From assembly GCA_963718295.1 (NCBI GenBank), contig CAVQYV010000005.1, positions 25,933 through 89,932 on the forward strand: DNA of 64,000 nt, given 5' to 3'. This document shows, piece by piece, positions 30,855 through 39,292 of the stretch (position 1 is its first letter; every line of letters begins with the position of its first letter). This DNA is from an uncultured Methylomirabilota bacterium (lineage in GTDB: Bacteria; Methylomirabilota; Methylomirabilia; CAVQYV01). The notes under the pieces were generated by a model, which was not told the DNA's origin, made no database searches, and saw only the letters and a list, made by a program, of their open reading frames with translations. The position numbers and the translations under genes are program-made.

Positions 30855-32455
30855 GGAACCTTCGGCGCATCTCCCAGGCCCTCTTCCTGCTCCTTTTCCT
30901 GCTCCTGGTCCTTGCCACGCGCTACGGGGGCAGCGACGAGATCCGCTATCCGGTAAAGGCCTTCCTGGACTTTGATCCCCTGATTGCCCTCTCCACCTTC
31001 TTGGCCGCCCACTCCTTGCCCCGGGTTCTCCTCTGGTCTCTCACCATCGTGCTGCTGACGGCCCTATTGGGGAGGATATTCTGTGGGTGGATCTGCCCTC
31101 TGGGCACCCTTCATAACCTGATGAGCTCCCTGCGGAAGAAATCCTCCTGGGCGGATCAGGAGAAGCGGCTTCATCGATGGCAATCTCTCAAATACTATCT
31201 CCTCGTGGGCCTGCTCGTCTCCTCCCTCTTCTCGCTCCAACTGGTGGGATTCTTCGACCCCCTTTCTCTGCTGATTCGATCCTTTGCGGTCTTCATCGAC
31301 CCTGTCCTGAATATGATCAGCCAAACCCTCCTGGCCGCCCTCTCCCACACCGGAATTCCCCTCCTGGAGAGGACTGCGGGCACCCTCCAATCCTGGGGAC
31401 TGGATACCTTTTTGGCCTATGAGCCGCCTCACTTTCGCCAGGCCGAGGTTATTGGCATCATCTTCCTGGCCATCCTGCTCCTCAATCTCCTGGGCGCTCG
31501 GTTCTGGTGTGTGACCCTTTGTCCATTGGGCGCCCTCCTGGGCCTTCTCTCTCGATTCAGCCTTCCTCGTCTCCAGATCTCGGAGAATTGCAGGAGCTGC
31601 CGAATCTGCAATCTTCATTGCCAGACAGCGGCGAGTCCTTTTCCCGTCGATTCCTGGAAGAAGTCCGAATGCGTTTATTGCTGGAATTGCCAGAAACTCT
31701 GCCCGGAAAAGGCCGTCCAAATCCATCTCCCGGGGAGAGCCCCGGGGACGAAACAAGCCTCCTCCGGAGTAAACCTGGTAAATCTGGAGCGGAGGCGGCT
31801 CCTGGGATCCGCCCTTGGCGGCGCCCTCTTGGTGCCCCTGCTCAGGAGTGGCCCATTTATCACCCTTCCTTCTCCTCAGCTGATTCGACCCCCCGGCGCC
31901 CTGCCGGAGGAGGAATTTCTGCAGCGCTGCATCCGGTGCGGGGAGTGCATGAAGGTCTGCCCCACTCATGGTCTGCAGCCTACCTTCTTCGAGGGAGGGC
32001 TCCAGGGCCTCTGGACCCCGGTCCTAGTTCCACGCATGGGTTACTGTGAATACTCCTGCACCCTCTGCGGTCAGGTTTGCCCCACCGGGGCCATTCAGCG
32101 GCTCCACCTTACTGAAAAGCAAAAGGTCCGCATCGGTCTGGCCTTCGTCGACCGCGACCGTTGCCTGCCCTACCATCAGGGCATTGCTTGCATCGTCTGC
32201 GAGGAGCTCTGTCCCACCCCTAAGAAGGCCATCTGGCTGGAGGAGGGCTCGGTGAAAGATCGAGTGGGAAGGGTGAAGAGGGTGAAACTGCCCAGGGTGG
32301 ATCTGGATCTTTGCATCGGCTGTGGAATCTGCGAAGAGCGCTGTCCCATCGTGGATTGCCCAGCAATCCGGGTCAGCAGCATCGGCGAATCCCGTTCCTC
32401 CCAGAATCAGCCTTTATTGCCTGGCGGGGGCATGACCCCGATCCCGCAAGATTGA
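30851..32455 (+). CDS. Membrane-bound polyferredoxin of the NapH/MauN/NosR-C-terminal type, with multiple 4Fe-4S ferredoxin motifs.
   Basis: TM helices carrying FCGWICPLG and WCVTLCPLG motifs. Four CxxCxxCxxxCP clusters (CIRCGECMKVCP, CTLCGQVCP, CIVCEELCP, CIGCGICEERCP). Confidence 0.8.
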   Translation: MRNLRRISQALFLLLFLLLVLATRYGGSDEIRYPVKAFLDFDPLIALSTFLAAHSLPRVLLWSLTIVLLTALLGRIFCGWICPLGTLHNLMSSLRKKSSWADQEKRLHRWQSLKYYLLVGLLVSSLFSLQLVGFFDPLSLLIRSFAVFIDPVLNMISQTLLAALSHTGIPLLERTAGTLQSWGLDTFLAYEPPHFRQAEVIGIIFLAILLLNLLGARFWCVTLCPLGALLGLLSRFSLPRLQISENCRSCRICNLHCQTAASPFPVDSWKKSECVYCWNCQKLCPEKAVQIHLPGRAPGTKQASSGVNLVNLERRRLLGSALGGALLVPLLRSGPFITLPSPQLIRPPGALPEEEFLQRCIRCGECMKVCPTHGLQPTFFEGGLQGLWTPVLVPRMGYCEYSCTLCGQVCPTGAIQRLHLTEKQKVRIGLAFVDRDRCLPYHQGIACIVCEELCPTPKKAIWLEEGSVKDRVGRVKRVKLPRVDLDLCIGCGICEERCPIVDCPAIRVSSIGESRSSQNQPLLPGGGMTPIPQD

Positions 32456-32572
32456 GTCCGCAAGATTGAGATTGACCCTCAAGAGGCAATTGTGGTAAGG
32501 AGCAAAAGCGCGGGGCATGTAACGGCGACGGAATGCCCCGGTCGAAATCGAATCGGAAAGGAGGTGAGATAG

Positions 32573-32818
32573 ATGCCGGTCAAGAAGGCGGAAAGCAAGA
32601 CCAAGAAGGCGGGGACCAAGGTGGCCGCTCCAGCGAAGAAGACTGCCCCAGCAACGAAGAAAGCCTCGAGCCAGAAGAAGGTTGCGGTGGGCGACGGTTT
32701 CGAATGCAAGGTATGTGGGCTGGTCGTGTCGGTAATCGATGATTGTGGATGCGTGGAGGTGTGCGATCTGATCTGCTGCGAGAAGCCCATGAAGCCCAAG
32801 AAGGTGAAGGCCGCTTGA
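32573..32818 (+). CDS. Small (81 aa) protein with a Lys/Ala-rich histone-H1-like N-terminal tail and a C-terminal 7-Cys cluster (CKVCG...DDCGC...C...CC).
   Basis: Strong GGAGGTG RBS. Sequence MPVKKAESKTKKAGTKVAAPAKKTAPATKK...ECKVCGLVVSVIDDCGCVEVCDLICCEKP. Confidence 0.55.
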   Translation: MPVKKAESKTKKAGTKVAAPAKKTAPATKKASSQKKVAVGDGFECKVCGLVVSVIDDCGCVEVCDLICCEKPMKPKKVKAA

Positions 32819-32834
32819 GCCGATCGGGCCCAGG

Positions 32835-33356
32835 CTAAGCCTGAACGTCTGTGGAAGGCTCTTTGCCACGGGTGACCGAGGCCACGGTGAGCCGAGGACC
32901 TAAGATCTCCCGGAGGGAGCGGGGATCCAGAAGGATTTGACATCCCCACCGCCCAGCACTGATGGAAATCTGATCCTGTTCCAGGACAGAGGAATCCATG
33001 ATTAAAGGGAGGTCCCGGCGAGTGCCGAGGGGACTTACTCCCCCGATGAAATACCCAGTTACTTTGTACACTTCGTCTTTGGCGGCGAGATCGACTCGCT
33101 TTTCCTTCAATACGGGGGCAAGGGTCCTGAGGTCCACCTGGCGGTCACCCGGGCAGAGGACCAGGAAAAATTCGTTGGCCGGAGTCTTCAGCAGGAGCGT
33201 CTTGACGACCTGGCAGAGGGGAATCTCCAGGCTTCGTGACACCTCTTCCGCATTTTTCTCCTGGGAGGGAAAGGTGGCCAGACGAAAACGGACCTGCCTC
33301 TCCGTCAGGATCTTCAAGGCCGGAGTGGAAGAGCTACTCTTCTTTTGCCCTTTCAT
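32835..33356 (-). CDS. ybaK: Cys-tRNA(Pro)/Cys-tRNA(Cys) deacylase YbaK-family protein.
   Basis: YbaK/ProX deacylase-like sequence (TPALKILTERQV...HLCQVVKTLLLK...GYFIGGVSPLG). The ATG at 33356 is preferred over the TTG at 33392. Confidence 0.7.
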   Translation of the reverse strand: MKGQKKSSSSTPALKILTERQVRFRLATFPSQEKNAEEVSRSLEIPLCQVVKTLLLKTPANEFFLVLCPGDRQVDLRTLAPVLKEKRVDLAAKDEVYKVTGYFIGGVSPLGTRRDLPLIMDSSVLEQDQISISAGRWGCQILLDPRSLREILGPRLTVASVTRGKEPSTDVQA

Positions 33357-33795
33357 GGCATGCGCCGTTCTCTTTGGACTTTCGATGGACAATTCCCTGA
33401 CAGGAGGCTATCCGAATTCCCTCCCCGCTTGAGATCTCCATGAGATAGGTTCCGGTGCGGCGGCTGAGGTGAAGCTCGTGCGCCTCTGCCATCAGGGTGG
33501 ATCCCGGAGGAGGAACGGAGAAATAGGTGATATCCAGATGGAGCGCCACGGCAGGAACTCCGTGGCTATTGGAGGCGGCGGCAAAGGCGTGATCTGCCAG
33601 CGCGAAAATTGCGCCTCCATGAATTGAGCCCATGAAGTTAGACATCTGGGGTCCAAGCTCCATTTCAAGCTTCGCGAATCCCTCGCCCAATTCCAGGACG
33701 CGAATCCCCAAATGACGGGCGAAGGGATCGTCCTCCAGCCTCTCTTTCAGGCCCGTCAGGCTCCGGCCCCCCTCTCCTGCCTTTCCTTCTTCCAT
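33334..33795 (-). CDS. PaaI-family hotdog-fold thioesterase.
   Basis: HGGAIFALADHAFAAAS motif typical of PaaI/YbgC-type thioesterases. Confidence 0.7.
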   Translation of the reverse strand: MEEGKAGEGGRSLTGLKERLEDDPFARHLGIRVLELGEGFAKLEMELGPQMSNFMGSIHGGAIFALADHAFAAASNSHGVPAVALHLDITYFSVPPPGSTLMAEAHELHLSRRTGTYLMEISSGEGIRIASCQGIVHRKSKENGACHERAKEE

Positions 33796-34083
33796 TTCTT
33801 TTTCCTCTTTTCTCGTCACCGGACCTTTCGCCCAATGTCCCCGCGGCTGACTTCCTTTTCTGCCGGCCGCACCTCTCATCTCCTTATATCATCAACTCCT
33901 CTGCCAGGGCAATCCTGAGTCCATGGGAGTAATCGATCAGGGAAGCGGCCCGCGGCGGCCACAAGGCATGCCGGGGCGGCAAGACATCTCGGGGCGGTTG
34001 ACAGCCCTTCTCCCTTGGGATAAGGTCTATCCGGATCGGTCTGCGTTTGCCAACTCCATTCCGATGAGAAAGGGCTTGCAAAG

Positions 34084-35118
34084 ATGATGAAAGGCCTAAT
34101 GAAGACCCGTCTGGGAGCAGGAAATGTGGAGATCCAGGAGATCCCGGAGCCCAAGCCCGGTCCGGGAGAGGTGCTGATCGAGGTGAAGGCCGCCGGGATT
34201 TGCGGGACCGATATTCACATCTGGAAGGATGAATACAAGTCGGTCCCTCCCATGGTGATGGGCCATGAGGGGAGCGGCGTGATCGCAGCTCTGGGCGAAG
34301 GGGTGGAAGGCCTCTCGGTGGGGGATCGAGTCACCTCCGAGACCTTTGCCCGGTTCTGCGGAAACTGCTTCTTCTGCAAGCAGGGAAGACCCAACCTCTG
34401 CCCGGGGCGAAAGTCCATCGGCACCCACCTGAATGGCTTCTTCACCAAATATCTCATCATTCGCGCCACAGCGGTCCATCGCCTCCCGGAAAATGTCAGC
34501 TTCCGGGCAGGCGCCCTGTCCGAGCCTCTGGCCTGCTGCACCCATGGGATCCTGGAGAGGACTCCGGTCACTGCTGGGGATTGGGTCCTGGTCTCCGGGC
34601 CGGGGACCATCGGCCTTCTCAGCCTTCAGCTGGCCAAAGCAGATGGAGGAAAGGCCATCGTGTTGGGCACGGACAAGGACGAAGAGAGGCTGGCCTTGGC
34701 GAAGGAATTGGGGGCCGATGAGGCGATCAATGTGGACAAACAGGACCCCACTGCCCTGATCCAGGAACGGACCGACGGGCTGGGGGTGGATCTGGCGATC
34801 GAGTGCGCCGGGGCGGCCGCCTCTTTCAACCAGTGCTTGAAGCTGGTGCGTAAAGGGGGGCGGATCAGTCAGGGAGGCTTGTTTGGAAAACCCATCACCT
34901 CAGATGTAGAGCTCGTAGCCATGAAGGAGTTGGAGGTCTTCGGCTTCTTTAGCCACGTGCCGAGCGCATGGGATCGTGCCCTCAGGCTCATGGCGGAAGG
35001 GAAAGTGCTCACCGAACCCCTGGTCTCCCATCGTCTCCCCCTCACCGAGTGGCAAAAGGGATTCTCCCTGATGGAGAGGGGCGAAGGCCTGAAGATCCTC
35101 CTCTTTCCCGAGGATTGA
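34084..35118 (+). CDS. Zn-dependent alcohol dehydrogenase (MDR family, threonine / sorbitol-DH-like).
   Basis: GHEGSG, structural-zinc cluster CGNCFFCKQGRPNLC, and the GxGxxG nucleotide motif VSGPGTIG. Confidence 0.85.
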   Translation: MMKGLMKTRLGAGNVEIQEIPEPKPGPGEVLIEVKAAGICGTDIHIWKDEYKSVPPMVMGHEGSGVIAALGEGVEGLSVGDRVTSETFARFCGNCFFCKQGRPNLCPGRKSIGTHLNGFFTKYLIIRATAVHRLPENVSFRAGALSEPLACCTHGILERTPVTAGDWVLVSGPGTIGLLSLQLAKADGGKAIVLGTDKDEERLALAKELGADEAINVDKQDPTALIQERTDGLGVDLAIECAGAAASFNQCLKLVRKGGRISQGGLFGKPITSDVELVAMKELEVFGFFSHVPSAWDRALRLMAEGKVLTEPLVSHRLPLTEWQKGFSLMERGEGLKILLFPED

Positions 35119-35132
35119 CCCAGGAAGGTGGA

Positions 35133-35159
35133 CCGCCCGCGAGTTTACTCGCAGGCGGG
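35133..35159. terminator. G/C-rich hairpin (ccgcccgcgag-tttac-tcgcaggcggg) between the convergent ADH and apbE genes. Possible bidirectional terminator, though it lacks a U-tract.
   Basis: Read from the sequence. Confidence 0.3.
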
Positions 35160-35231
35160 GGATATGAGTCACATATGATTCGCGGTCCAGGCTGCGGGGC
35201 CGCCGGGCACGATCCGGTCAACCCGCTTCCC

Positions 35232-36311
35232 TTATTCTGCTTCCGTCATGTCGAGGTGGGCAGGCAGAGGGGCCTCCAGAAAGCCTGAGAGGTTGGAGGT
35301 GGTGAGCACCCCTCCCTCGGAGGTGATGATCAGGCCCGCCATCTCGGGGCGATCCTGAAGCAGGGTCATCCCCCGATCTGGGCCCAGGAGAAAAACGGCC
35401 ACCGAGGGCAGATAATCGTGGCTGAGCCGCGGGGCCAGGATGGTAACCGCCGAACAGCCGGGGGCAGGATATCCAGATCGGGCATCGATGATGTGGTGGT
35501 ATCGCTTTCCATCGATCTGAAAATAGCGCTCATAATCCCCGGAGGTTAGAGAGCAGCCATCCTTGATCCACAGCATTCCGATGAGCTCTCCGCTCCTGCG
35601 GGGTTGTTGGATGCCGATTCGCCAGCCTTTTCCCTCTCTTCCCTCGCCTCTCGCCAGGATATCCCCTCCGATATTGACCAGGTAATTGTCCAGGCCTTGA
35701 TCCTGCAACACTCCTCCGGCCCGAGCTACGGCATGGCCCTTGGCGATCCCCCCCAGGTTGATCCTCATCCCCGGCAGCATCAATTTGACCTCCTGGGTCT
35801 TTCGCATCAGACAGACCTTCCGGTAGTCCACCGAGGACTTGGCCTGAGCCAGCTCCATCGAAGAGGGGAGCCTCCTCTCCTTGGCGCACTTTCCCCAGAG
35901 CTCCCAGAGCGGAGCAAAAGTGATATCGAATGCCCCCTCGGTGAGGCAAGAGATGGTTTGGGCATGATCCAGGAGCCCAAATACCTCAGGTGACACCCTC
36001 ACCTCTTGGCCGGCGGGGGCGGCGTTGATCCGCGAGACCTCGCTATTCGGCCGGTAGTAGCTCATCAGATCCTCGATGCGGCGGATTTCGGAAAAGGCCT
36101 GATCCATCGCCCTTTGAACCTTTGATTCATCCGGATCGATGACCGTGATCTCTACCAGGGTGCCCAAGAGGGACCGGGCTTCCTTGACGATCGCAGCATG
36201 GCAAGGGACAACAAGGCCTAAAGAAATTGCCAGGAGAAGGGTGGCGATCGCACTGGATCGCTTCTGATGGCCTCGAGGCTCACGCAATAGACGCCACATG
36301 GCGGATCTCAA
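35232..36311 (-). CDS. apbE: FAD:protein FMN transferase ApbE (lipoprotein).
   Basis: ApbE family similarity (…GGIAKGHAV…). Lipobox-like LGLVVPC. The start ATG overlaps the stop of the upstream FMN-binding gene (ATGA). Confidence 0.8.
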   Translation of the reverse strand: MRSAMWRLLREPRGHQKRSSAIATLLLAISLGLVVPCHAAIVKEARSLLGTLVEITVIDPDESKVQRAMDQAFSEIRRIEDLMSYYRPNSEVSRINAAPAGQEVRVSPEVFGLLDHAQTISCLTEGAFDITFAPLWELWGKCAKERRLPSSMELAQAKSSVDYRKVCLMRKTQEVKLMLPGMRINLGGIAKGHAVARAGGVLQDQGLDNYLVNIGGDILARGEGREGKGWRIGIQQPRRSGELIGMLWIKDGCSLTSGDYERYFQIDGKRYHHIIDARSGYPAPGCSAVTILAPRLSHDYLPSVAVFLLGPDRGMTLLQDRPEMAGLIITSEGGVLTTSNLSGFLEAPLPAHLDMTEAE

Positions 36312-36862
36312 TTCGTCCCGGCACGCAGTTCCTTCTGGAAGATCCTCATCGCCTCCGCCATGGCACCCATCACCGCCCGCGAAGATACGGTGGCGGAGGT
36401 GATGGCATCGATGTTTCCGGAGGGATCATCCCTCTTGAGGATGAAGGGACCCTTCTTTCCCACGAATTGAGTCATGAATTGCCGCAAAACCCCATCGCCC
36501 GCCAGCGCAGGAGTCTCATTATGGGAGAGCGGGATGGCGCCGGTGATCTTTCCCTCCGAATCGATGCCGGTCATGACCTCCAGAGGGCCGGCGTAACCAA
36601 TCCCCTGGGTTTTGAAGACCCCGCCTATCCGATCGGAGCCGCGGAAGGCCACCCAGTAAGGGGTCCCCATGTATTGGGCTGGCTCGAATCGCTCCGCTTC
36701 CGGCATGACTTGCTTGAGATGCCCTGCATCTTTCTTCCCCTGTTCCTGCTCCGCCGCGAGGGCGCCGGACCCGCATATCATGCCGCCTACCATGCCCAAA
36801 GCCGCCAGGAACAAGACACAGAGCGTCAGAGTTCTCAATGAAAAAAGATGGGTGCCCCTCAT
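36308..36862 (-). CDS. FMN-binding-domain protein (NqrC/RnfG-like FMN_bind). Likely the flavinylation substrate of the adjacent ApbE.
   Basis: Internal start MRGTHLFSLRTLTLCVLFLAALG (signal/TM). The SATVSSRAV motif matches the covalent-FMN threonine context (S/T-x-S/T) of FMN_bind domains. Confidence 0.7.
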   Translation of the reverse strand: MRGTHLFSLRTLTLCVLFLAALGMVGGMICGSGALAAEQEQGKKDAGHLKQVMPEAERFEPAQYMGTPYWVAFRGSDRIGGVFKTQGIGYAGPLEVMTGIDSEGKITGAIPLSHNETPALAGDGVLRQFMTQFVGKKGPFILKRDDPSGNIDAITSATVSSRAVMGAMAEAMRIFQKELRAGTN

Positions 36863-37066
36863 AACGACCTCCTTCGCCTTGAAATGCCAGTGAATATAAT
36901 ACTGAACCTCCTTCGCTTCAAGAAAAATCCCTCTCCTCAGAAAAATCTCTCTCCGCCGTCTTTTTGCCGAATATCCCTTGACCAACTGGAGCGATCCCGA
37001 TAATGATTGGGCCGGATTTCAGAAGGCACTGCGGCAGCCCAAAGGGCAAGAGGAGGAATCGGCTAT

Positions 37067-38989
37067 ATGGCGCAGTTGATCTGGGAAGGCAAAGAGGGCA
37101 AAGGGCGGAGGCGGCGCTCTGATCACCAGGTCCCCCTGCCCCTTCGTGCCGCAGAGATCCTCTGCCCGAATCGCTCAGGCCCCCCTGGCCTTTCCCCTGG
37201 GTACTCTCCCCCTGCGATGGAAGCGCGCCGGGACGCGGATTGGCGTAACAAGCTGATCTGGGGCGATAACCAATATGCCATGGCCAGCCTCCTGCCCGCT
37301 TTTGCCGGCAAGATCGACCTGATCTACATCGACCCGCCCTTCGCCACCGGAGGCAACTTCTCCATTACCATCCCCGTGGGGGAGGCAAAGCATACCAGAA
37401 AAGGCTCGGTCATTGCGGAGAGGGCCTATTGCGATCAATGGGAAAATGGCATAGATTCCTATCTACAAATGATGCATGCCCGCCTGATCTTGATGCGGGA
37501 TCTCCTGGCCGATACCGGATCCATCTATGTCCACCTGGACTGGCACGCGGGACACTATGTGAAGGTCCTCCTGGATGAGATCTTCGGCAAGGAGAATTTC
37601 CGGAACGAGATCGTATGGTGCTACCGGACCATGCAGACCACCAAGAGGGGATGGGCAAGGAAGCACGATGTCATCCTCTTCTATACTCAAGGCAAGAGAT
37701 ATGTCTTCAATCAGAATGCGGTCTTGGAGCCCTACCCCGAGGATTACCAGAGGCGCTTCCGATATGTGGATGATCATGGAAGAAGGTTCATGATTCGGGG
37801 GAAGGGAGGCCCATTCGGCTTTGGACAAGGCGATGTAAGCATCGAGGACGAAAAAAAATACCCCCAATTCACCTATCGCCAATACATGCAAAATGGAAGC
37901 ATCCCCAAGGACTGGTGGAAAATCGACATGCTCAATAGCAATTCCCGTGAGCGAGTGGGCTATGACACCCAGAAACCAGAGGCCCTGCTGGAGCGCATCC
38001 TCAAGGCCTCCTCCAACCCGGGAGACCTGGTGGCCGATTTCTTTTCCGGATCCGGGACCACTGTGGCGGTGGCGGAGAAACTGGGCAGGCGATGGATCGG
38101 GATGGACCTATCCAGACATGCCATCCACACCACTCGGAAGCGTCTGCTGCAGATCCCCGGATGCCAGCCTTTTGAGATCCTGGACCTGGCCAATTATCAA
38201 AAGGCGAAGCTCAAAGAGAATGGGGTTCATCATCCCACCGAATTCATCCTGAAACTCTATGGGGCCAGGCCGATTTTCGGCCACGCCACGCTACACGGGC
38301 AGAAGGCAGGCAGGATGGTGCATGTTGCGGATTCTGGATCGGCCGTATCGGCGCCGGAGATCAACAAGGTGGCCAAGGAATGTGCCTCCGCGGAGATGAA
38401 GTCAGTGGACATCTTAGGTTGGGCATTCGAGCCTGGAATTGCTGATCTCGCTCATACAATCGGCAGCCAGCACTCGGTTAACATTAGCCTGGTAGAGATT
38501 CCGAGGGAAGCCCTGGAGGTTCAGCCGAGGGACGCTACCAGGAAACCAGAGGTCAGGTTTTCTGCCCTCGGCCGCCTCGAGGTGGAAGCCCGTTGGAATC
38601 ACAAGACCCTGACCCTCACCCTCAAGGACTTCATCCCCTCCGACCCCGAGGTTCTCCCTCAAGGGCTCAGGGGCAAAGTAAAGCATTTCAGCGACTTCAT
38701 CGATTACTGGGCCGTGGATTTCGATTACCAGGCGGGCGGGGCCTTTCGGCCGATGTGGCAGTCCTTCAGGACCAGGAGGAGCCATCGGCCGGAGACGAAA
38801 TGCTGCCACACGTATGAACAAGAGGGGACCTATTGCGTTCTCATCAAAGTGGTGGATATCTTTGGGAACGAGACCACTGAATGGCTTGACTTGAACCCAT
38901 CAGACTCAATCTCTCAGAAAGGAGAAAGGAAATGTCGGAGTCGGAAAGAAAAAGTGAAGGAGTTGGAAATCTGCAAGGGCAGGTCATGA
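37067..38989 (+). CDS. N6-adenine / N4-cytosine DNA methyltransferase (beta-class, Type III Mod-like / N6_N4_Mtase), with a ~250-aa C-terminal extension. No cognate restriction gene nearby.
   Basis: IYIDPPF (DPPY-type motif IV) near the N-terminus. FFSGSGTTVAVAEKLGRRWIGMD (motif I / AdoMet-binding) in the C-terminal part. GGAGGAA RBS. Confidence 0.75.
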   Translation: MAQLIWEGKEGKGRRRRSDHQVPLPLRAAEILCPNRSGPPGLSPGYSPPAMEARRDADWRNKLIWGDNQYAMASLLPAFAGKIDLIYIDPPFATGGNFSITIPVGEAKHTRKGSVIAERAYCDQWENGIDSYLQMMHARLILMRDLLADTGSIYVHLDWHAGHYVKVLLDEIFGKENFRNEIVWCYRTMQTTKRGWARKHDVILFYTQGKRYVFNQNAVLEPYPEDYQRRFRYVDDHGRRFMIRGKGGPFGFGQGDVSIEDEKKYPQFTYRQYMQNGSIPKDWWKIDMLNSNSRERVGYDTQKPEALLERILKASSNPGDLVADFFSGSGTTVAVAEKLGRRWIGMDLSRHAIHTTRKRLLQIPGCQPFEILDLANYQKAKLKENGVHHPTEFILKLYGARPIFGHATLHGQKAGRMVHVADSGSAVSAPEINKVAKECASAEMKSVDILGWAFEPGIADLAHTIGSQHSVNISLVEIPREALEVQPRDATRKPEVRFSALGRLEVEARWNHKTLTLTLKDFIPSDPEVLPQGLRGKVKHFSDFIDYWAVDFDYQAGGAFRPMWQSFRTRRSHRPETKCCHTYEQEGTYCVLIKVVDIFGNETTEWLDLNPSDSISQKGERKCRSRKEKVKELEICKGRS

Positions 38990-39282
38990 AGCTGGCCGCC
39001 CTGGTGGATTACCAGGGGGGATCGGTGGTGAGTCGAGAGATCGTCAAAAAGGACACCGGGACCGTGACCCTCTTTGCCTTCGATGCAGGGCAAGGATTGA
39101 GCGAGCACACCGCCCCCTTCGATGCCCTGGTTTACGTGGTGGAGGGTACAGTGGAGATCAAGATCTCGGGAAATCCCCATCGAGTGCAGCAGGGTGAGAT
39201 GATTATCATGCCCGCCCATGAACCCCATGGCTTGAAGGCCCTGGGAAAGTTCAAGATGCTGTTGGTGATGATCAGATCCTGA
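38986..39282 (+). CDS. Cupin-domain protein.
   Basis: Two-His cupin motifs (…SEHTAPFDALVYVVEGTVEI… and …PAHEPHGLKA…). Its start overlaps the MTase stop (ATGA). Confidence 0.6.
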   Translation: MKLAALVDYQGGSVVSREIVKKDTGTVTLFAFDAGQGLSEHTAPFDALVYVVEGTVEIKISGNPHRVQQGEMIIMPAHEPHGLKALGKFKMLLVMIRS

Positions 39283-39292
39283 GCCAAGGGAA

